From the NCBI GenBank assembly GCA_964247055.1, contig OZ176051.1, positions 6,262,001-6,326,000 on the forward strand: a stretch of 64,000 nt of DNA, in the 5' to 3' direction. A program made the translations under genes and the position numbers. Below are positions 58,301 through 64,000 of this stretch, in pieces. The notes under the pieces were generated by a model. It was given only the letters and a program-made list of their open reading frames with translations. It did no database searches and was not told the DNA's origin. Within the stretch, counting starts at the first letter, position 1, and the number at the start of each line of letters is the position of its first letter. This DNA is from Paragordius varius (Eukaryota; Animalia; Nematomorpha).

Positions 58301-58695
58301 GCCTAAAATAATAATAATAATAATCTATCATGCATTAAAATTAGATATATTAATGTTTCGCAAACCTTACCTAAATCTAGGATCCATGTTTTTCAAAGTA
58401 ATACTGTGATCCGGAAATAATCTTACAGCAATCAGGATATCATTATCAATTGCCATAGGTAATACACTATAGCCATTGTAATCAATATGTTCCCCTTCAG
58501 GATTAAAGATGTAATTTATTACCAATTATATTAACACGACCTGGTGTTCTAACATAGAATTCGGGAAATTGCCCATATAATTGTCGAAAGTGGAATTTTA
58601 AAATTTTGATTCTATTATAATCAGTAAATGCATATACACCTTTCGATTTTAGAAATAGGAATATCCCGTGAAACATAGGTATTAAATTTTTTCAT
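52390..58695 (-). CDS. GALK2: N-acetylgalactosamine kinase / galactokinase 2 (GHMP kinase), 10 exons, about 494 aa
   Basis: Exons (minus strand): 58640-58695, 58523-58611, 58371-58494, 58163-58302, 58016-58134, 57596-57694, 57114-57266, 54059-54278, 53362-53623, 52390-52612 (1485 nt). Motifs: [122 protein letters not shown]. Confidence 0.95.
52889..53145. mobile_element. MITE family 3 copy in GALK2 last intron
   Basis: ataccatttacacccttaacaattctaattcactcttgaac ... aaggtgaatttaaattgtaaacggta. Confidence 0.7.
54420..55335 (-). mobile_element. Decayed RTE-clade (BovB-like) non-LTR retrotransposon fragment
   Basis: Minus-strand translation gives [14 protein letters not shown] (RT QG motif), a [10 protein letters not shown]-like segment and DCWRKLL, with many stops and frameshifts; within GALK2 intron 7. 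Confidence 0.75.
55500..55810 (+). mobile_element. Decayed 3' end of the same RTE LINE
   Basis: caatgcaacagttgatacccatcacaacaaa and aaatcaacttcaatctaa..caagtttaaaaatt match 56770-56880. Confidence 0.6.
55890..56065 (-). mobile_element. Reverse-transcriptase core fragment (RTE-like)
   Basis: Minus strand reads [18 protein letters not shown]...[10 protein letters not shown] (YADD changed to YAND). Confidence 0.75.
56290..56880 (+). mobile_element. 5'-truncated RTE/BovB-like LINE 3' fragment
   Basis: ORF 56374-56577 [11 protein letters not shown]...EMWCWR, and downstream [18 protein letters not shown], are RTE C-terminal signatures. Confidence 0.85.
58135..58162 (-). other. 28-nt GT-AG micro-intron (GALK2 intron 4)
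   Basis: gtacttttttcccaatttatattctaag; joins SIK|[19 protein letters not shown]. Confidence 0.9.
58495..58522 (-). other. 28-nt GT-AG micro-intron (GALK2 intron 2)
   Basis: gtaataaattacatctttaatcctgaag; splits the invariant GRVNIIG|EHIDY motif. Confidence 0.93.
58612..58639 (-). other. 28-nt GT-AG micro-intron (GALK2 intron 1)
   Basis: gtgtatatgcatttactgattataatag; links the ATG exon to [25 protein letters not shown]. Confidence 0.8.
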
Positions 58696-58796
58696 CCTTA
58701 CTATGACGGCATGGATTTTACATGTGCTGATTTGAATGACTGCAAAATATTTTTATTAGTCTATCCAACACCGTGCAATAAGCAATAATCTTTTAA
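58696..58796. promoter_or_regulatory. Inferred 101-bp bidirectional promoter between GALK2 and DJ-1 start codons
   Basis: Head-to-head ATGs at 58695 (-) and 58797 (+); no in-frame upstream ATG for GALK2 before a stop. Confidence 0.6.
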
Positions 58797-61571
58797 ATGA
58801 CCTCAACAAACGAAAACAAACCTAAAGCTCTTGTGTTTTTAGCACCTGGGGCAGAAGAAATGGAAGTGGTTATAACCGTTGATGTCCTGCGCAGAGGCGG
58901 TGTAAATGTCACTTTAGCTTCAATAACGGATGATAAAGAGCCAATAAAATGTAGTCGAAATGTTTTATTAGTTCCTGATGCCACTTTTGAAGAGGCCACC
59001 CCGTCTCACGTTGATTATGATATTGTAGTTATACCTGGAGGTTTGGGTGGTGCAAACGCTTTAGCTAATAGCAAGAAAGTAGGGTCTATTCTGCAAAAAC
59101 AAGAATCCGAATCAAAAAATGGTATATTTAAGAAATCACATATATAGCATCAAACGCAATATTTAGCCTATAGTTTATAAGTAAATAGTAATATTAAGGT
59201 TAACCGATATTAACATGCTGAGATGGTATTTGACGGCGTTTTGGGTTGAATAATAAATACATTTTTTTAATGATCAAAATCATTACTAGTTTATTATAAT
59301 TTATATATCCTGACTTTTTTATAATATTTTTTAAGTTATATAATTGGGAAATGAATTATCTTTTAATATTTTTAGTTTTAAATTCTTTCGCAGACTTTTG
59401 CATTTAATTTGCGTATAAATTATTTAGTCCTTACAATTGTTGAAAGGTTTGTGTCATACAAGTTTATTTAGTAAATATAATTATATACCATTTACATTTC
59501 AAATTCAGCCTCGATCAATAATTCACTCTAAAAATAAATTATGTGTTTTCGAACTAATATAACTCATTATTAATTTTAAATATATCTTGTTTATTATTTT
59601 TTTTAAATATATTAAAATATAGGTAATTTTTTATATTAAACATAAATTATTTGAGGGTGAATTTAAATTGTACAAGGGTGAATTCGAATTGTTGAAAGGT
59701 GAATTTGAGTTGTAAATGGTATATTAAGGATTGTAGAAAAAAATCAATATTATGAAGTCTATGTCAAAATATCAATTTTAATTTTTCACTAAAATGGATG
59801 TGATGCGGATATTAAGCCTGGTATCTTTTCCAACAATCGGGTGAAGCGAGTATACTGTATCATGAAAATTGTTTCATTCGATACCTTAATAAAAACACAC
59901 TTAGTTTGTAATGTTACCATTTCATTTTAGTAAAACATAATTTTTTTTCCATTTTCAAGGTGATAGTTAGACGATTTCTTGTTTGTTTTATTTTGAAAAC
60001 TTAATTTACCATATTGAAATCGAATTAACTTGCGAAATTCTTTGTGAAAGAATTATCAATTGTTTGTCCGAAAATAACCTTAAACTATGTAAATTTTGTA
60101 TTGTTTTGTTTTTTTAATCATGTCTAAATCAATCAATCTCTAGATCAATATATTTTATAAATTTTACAAATGATTTGATTTAATGTCCTAATAGATCATT
60201 TACATTTGGGTTCAAACCTTTATATCTTAGCAAATTTATATTCATATTAATATTTACCAAAAGCCAACATTTGATACGCTCCCAATCCAACTCGAATTTT
60301 CTCCATTTATTTTGTTATTTTATTTAGTTATTATATCAACTGTCAAAATTGTTGGACCCCATTTAACCAAAATTAATCATCATTGTTGACACTTTTTAAC
60401 TAAACAAAAATTCTTGCCACTTATTATATTTAACATATAAAAAGTTTTTATTGTACAAAACGAACTATATAATACAAATATAATTTACTTGTGATGATTT
60501 GCATAAAAAAGACATCCCCCTTCTTTTCAAAAACCTCGATTGCCGCAAAAATTAGGATTATATTCGCATGACATTACCCACAAACGACTACTACCTATGG
60601 AGAGGTGTATTCAACTTTTATTTGAGATTATCAGATCTTAGTTTATAGACGCTGCTATTTTAAATACCTTATTACAGGGGTTTTTTGTGTATAGTTTATA
60701 TTTCTTTTTGTGATTATATAGGTAAACGTAAATTCCTGGCTGCAATATGTGCCGGTCCCCAAGTATTTTTGTCTCATAACATTGGGCTGGGATGTCGCCT
60801 AACATCACACCCGAGTATAAAAGAAAAATTGGAAACCCACTATCAATACGTGGATGATGAAAAGGTGGTCATTGATGGACCCTATATTACATCCCGTGGA
60901 CCTGGTATATATAATTCCAAATGCATTTATCATAAATTTTATTTGAAACTTAAATGGATGATAATAATTTTTAGCTACCTATTTTTTTGAAAGATGTATA
61001 TGAACAGATATTATTTGGTATTGTAGAGAAAAATTAATATATGCGAAAAAATAATTTCCGTTTTTTCTGCCTGTTTTTTTCCCTAATTATATTGAAAATA
61101 ACCTAATAATTAATAGTATGTGTGGTAAAATCTTAAAAAACGGCTTATAATCAACTGTATATTTTTATCTAAATTATTAATGTATAAAATCATTTTTATA
61201 AAACGGATTAGTTTAATTTTAACTGGACCTTTGTTGTCTTTTTACATTTGAATAGAATGAGATTTAGGGTAGATAGTTCACGTGGTTTTAAATTTAAGTT
61301 CGAGCAGATATTAAATAAAATGGCCTTTCTTATATAAATATTAAAGCACCCATAAAACTATGCGTTCGTTATAATACCAAATATGATTTTTTATAAATAT
61401 GCTTATATCTCTTTATATAATTAAAAGTTAAATAATTATTAAATTTTTGATAATATTTTTATTATATTTTGTTTTTATTTAGGAACGGCTTTTGCATTTG
61501 CGCTAGCAATTGTTGAAACACTAACGGATAAAAAAATTGCGGAATCAATCATTAAACCAATGTTGTTATAA
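58797..61571 (+). CDS. PARK7: DJ-1/PfpI family protein (PARK7), 3 exons, 198 aa
   Basis: Exons 58797-59121, 60722-60904, 61483-61571 (597 nt). KALVFLAPGAEEME (catalytic Glu), VDVLRRGGV, DYDIVVIPGGLGG, AAICAGP (Cys106 equivalent), ITSRGPGTAFAFAL. Confidence 0.96.
59483..59724. mobile_element. MITE family 3 copy in DJ-1 intron 1
   Basis: atataccatttacatttcaaattcag ... gggtgaattcgaattgttgaaaggtgaatttgagttgtaaatggtatat. Confidence 0.78.
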
Positions 61572-61636
61572 GCGGATTAAACAATTTATTTATTTTTTTT
61601 CAATCTTGTGATATTGATTATAATTATTTTCACACA

Positions 61637-61982
61637 TCAATGTTCATCATGCTTATGCGAAAACAATGGGGTTTTGCCGTCTCCCCACCAAAATGGCTAA
61701 AAATAAATATATAAAAAAAACTTTATTAATGCGATGCATATATGAATAAGGCTTTATCTCATCTGGATTATGAGGTTTTTCGTGCTTTTTTAAATAATAC
61801 ACATTAAGATGTCCCAAAACAAGTAATGGACAGAAAAAATAAAAAAATACGTTTTTCCACAATCGTTCTTTTGCTAAAATATTAGAAAAATTTATACCTC
61901 TGACCTGAACGGGATCAGAAAACCCGCTCATCATACGTTTTGCAACAAAAGTTGTGTGGATCGATTTCGATAATATTGCCAT
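61637..61982 (-). CDS. COX6A: Cytochrome c oxidase subunit 6A, mitochondrial precursor (98 aa if both micro-introns are spliced)
   Basis: Exons 61898-61982, 61722-61873, 61637-61696. Basic transit-peptide-like N-terminus, RLWKNVFFYFFCPLLVLGHLNVY transmembrane segment, PYSYMHRINK|PFWWGDGKTPLF matching the COX6A (R/K)PFPWGDG motif. The 24-nt first intron is in frame and so not proven. Confidence 0.88.
61697..61721 (-). other. 25-nt GT-AG micro-intron (COX6A last intron)
   Basis: gttttttttatatatttatttttag; removal restores RINK|PFWWGDG. Confidence 0.9.
61874..61897 (-). other. Probable 24-nt in-frame, stop-free micro-intron (COX6A intron 1)
   Basis: gtataaatttttctaatattttag, with a CTAAT branch-like site; retention inserts 8 codons without a frameshift. 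Confidence 0.6.
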
Positions 61983-62196
61983 ATGAACGCCAATTATTAT
62001 TATATCATATGATGTCGATTTAAAAATCGGTATCAACCTAAAAAACTATATTTTGTGGGTAATATTTGGTGTATAAAATATCAACCAAATATAATCATTA
62101 AATTTATTCTTTTAAATTATTTTATTTTCCATTATTTTTGTTTCAAATGAAAGTTTTTACAAGATTTAAACTAATTTTGTACATGTTCGTAATTGC

Positions 62197-62753
62197 TTAA
62201 CACTTCGATTCAAATTCTGGTATCTAAATACCCCAAACTAAATTTGAATTAGGGTTTTTAAAAAACTACTGAAGGAATTAGTCCTAATTTAAATTTTGCT
62301 TCTATCCTAATTAAAATTATATATATATGATAAAATACCTAAATAAAATTTTTTTCAAAAAAAGTTCCTGGTCAAACTACTTCGACGCCATTTTTATTTT
62401 ACATTTTTGCAAAATATCGTTTTCATTTTATTATAAGGATTAAATTATAGCTAATTTTTATTTAAATTACATATAACATAAGAAATAGAAAAAGCGGTTT
62501 TTTTTGTATTATTTTTGAATTTTACCTTTGCAGACATGTCACGTTGACTAAATTTTTACCTTTTGCTTTTAGCTTAAATAAGTAATATCAAGTATTTTCG
62601 AATAAAATCTTTTATATACTTTATTAATGTTATAAAAGTGCAAATTTACCATGATTTCGATTTCTTCCATAGAATTTAATTTTAAACAGGCCTGGGGTAT
62701 CCAACTACCCCAATTTGAAGGACTGAAATGAATGTGTTGTATCCAAGTGTTAA
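62197..62753 (-). mobile_element. TTAA-flanked MITE family 1, copy D (inverted)
   Basis: ttaacacttcgattcaaattctggtatctaaataccccaa ... ggggtatccaactaccccaatttgaagg ... gttgtatccaagtgttaa; reverse complement of copy C. Confidence 0.85.
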
Positions 62754-62759
62754 AATAAT

Positions 62760-63500
62760 GTTAAAATACCGGGATTGCGCCAAAAAACAAATATATGCTA
62801 ATTGATATTAACTAAAATTTGTAAAAATATATAATTTTTTAAAAATTTTATTTTTTAACAAAATTTTGTTGAAGAGTACTTTATTATATATTGAGGCATG
62901 GTGGAAACGAAAACGTTTTGAGATATTAAATATTAAAAAACACTTTATAAATCGATGATGGTGAACATTTCTATAACAATAGAATTTTGAAATTCGCCTT
63001 CGAATCTATGTAAAATTGTCTTTTTTTCGAAAATTACCAAATTTTAGAGTAAACGGACCATTTAAATTCTAAAGCGATAGAAATGAGCATCATCGTTTAT
63101 ATAAGAGAGTTTTTAAACCGATTACATCATGCCTTAAAATAGTATAAAGTACGCTTTTAAATTTTGCTAAAATTTTTAATTATGCATTTTAAATAATATT
63201 TTTCGTTGATAACAAAAATTAGATATATTTAAAAGTTTGCATTTATTTTAAGAGAACTATCCTATTTTAGTGGTGCTCAAAAATATACGACTTTCGGAGC
63301 CTACTTCAGTTTTAAATTTAATGTTTTGTTTTGCTTTTAAAATATAATTTATCAATATTTTAATGATATTTTTGGAATGAGGCCTCCTCCTTTTACCAAG
63401 ATTTTTCGATATGACGCAGTAGGCATAATAGTGTAAAAATATTTTCTGACATGACTCGTAGGTCCTGATTCATTTTTGCAGAATGAATACATCTCATCAG
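62760..63500. mobile_element. Degenerate family 5 copy
   Basis: Shares gggattgcgc, gactttcggagcc, gaaatgagcatcatcg and tcatcaggt motifs with the 31-32 kb and 35.5-36.2 kb copies. Boundaries are approximate. Confidence 0.5.
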
Positions 63501-64000
63501 GTATTTTTTGTAAGCACTATATATAAAAGTATTTCATAATAACTTAAACTGTTTACCTTTCCACAATGTTCCAAAATACCATTGATCGAGATATTTCTCT
63601 AATTATATATTTGCGAAATCATTCCTTTTCTATTTTGTATCTTTATAAATACTTAATTATTTACCGTCTAAATTAAATATTTCATTTTTTCCTTCATTTC
63701 AAGATTTTTAATTTTTTACCACTATATAAAATATAATCGTATTTATTTATATTCTAAAATGACTACATTTAAGATTATATATAATATATTTAAAATCTAT
63801 TTGTTGTGTTGAATGAAGATATCTGATACCTGTAGGGGTTAGGCCCACAGTGTCTAGTAGCGAATTTTCATGGAAAAATCCCTGAGTTTAGTTAGTTAAA
63901 ATGTTGATTAACCTTAAACGATAATAATGAGAGAATTATAAAGTTAATAATATAAATTCTATGGCGTGGTAATAAACGCGTTTACGCGTGAGATAGGGAC

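Noticed and set aside
59787-59870. Intronic gtgatg...ctgt segment as a C/D snoRNA
   Set aside because: C box imperfect, no CTGA D box, no terminal stem.

Overview
Very AT-rich (by eye roughly 75-80% A+T) animal genomic DNA with spliceosomal GT-AG introns; the host cannot be named from sequence alone, but the Misshapen CNH motifs look like invertebrate msn/mig-15. Six genes were reconstructed by hand, exon by exon, each with a CDS length divisible by three: misshapen/MAP4K4-family kinase (+, 5' end outside the window, 1716-19563), SCFD1/Sly1 (+, 23347-29616), FNDC3/mtgo-like (+, 41851-50426), GALK2 (-, 52390-58695), DJ-1/PARK7 (+, 58797-61571) and COX6A (-, 61637-61982). Also present: several MITE/foldback families, decayed RTE-clade LINE fragments and a probable non-autonomous Helitron carrying a ~150-bp dimeric satellite array. 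The main discovery is a distinct class of 11 ultra-short 22-29 nt GT-AG introns in four genes, most of them needed to restore conserved protein sequence. They coexist with ordinary introns of 66 nt to 2.8 kb, with no intron between 30 and 65 nt. In three genes the last intron is such a frame-shifting micro-intron, and retaining it would switch the C-terminus. Protein identifications rest on recalled family motifs, not database searches.
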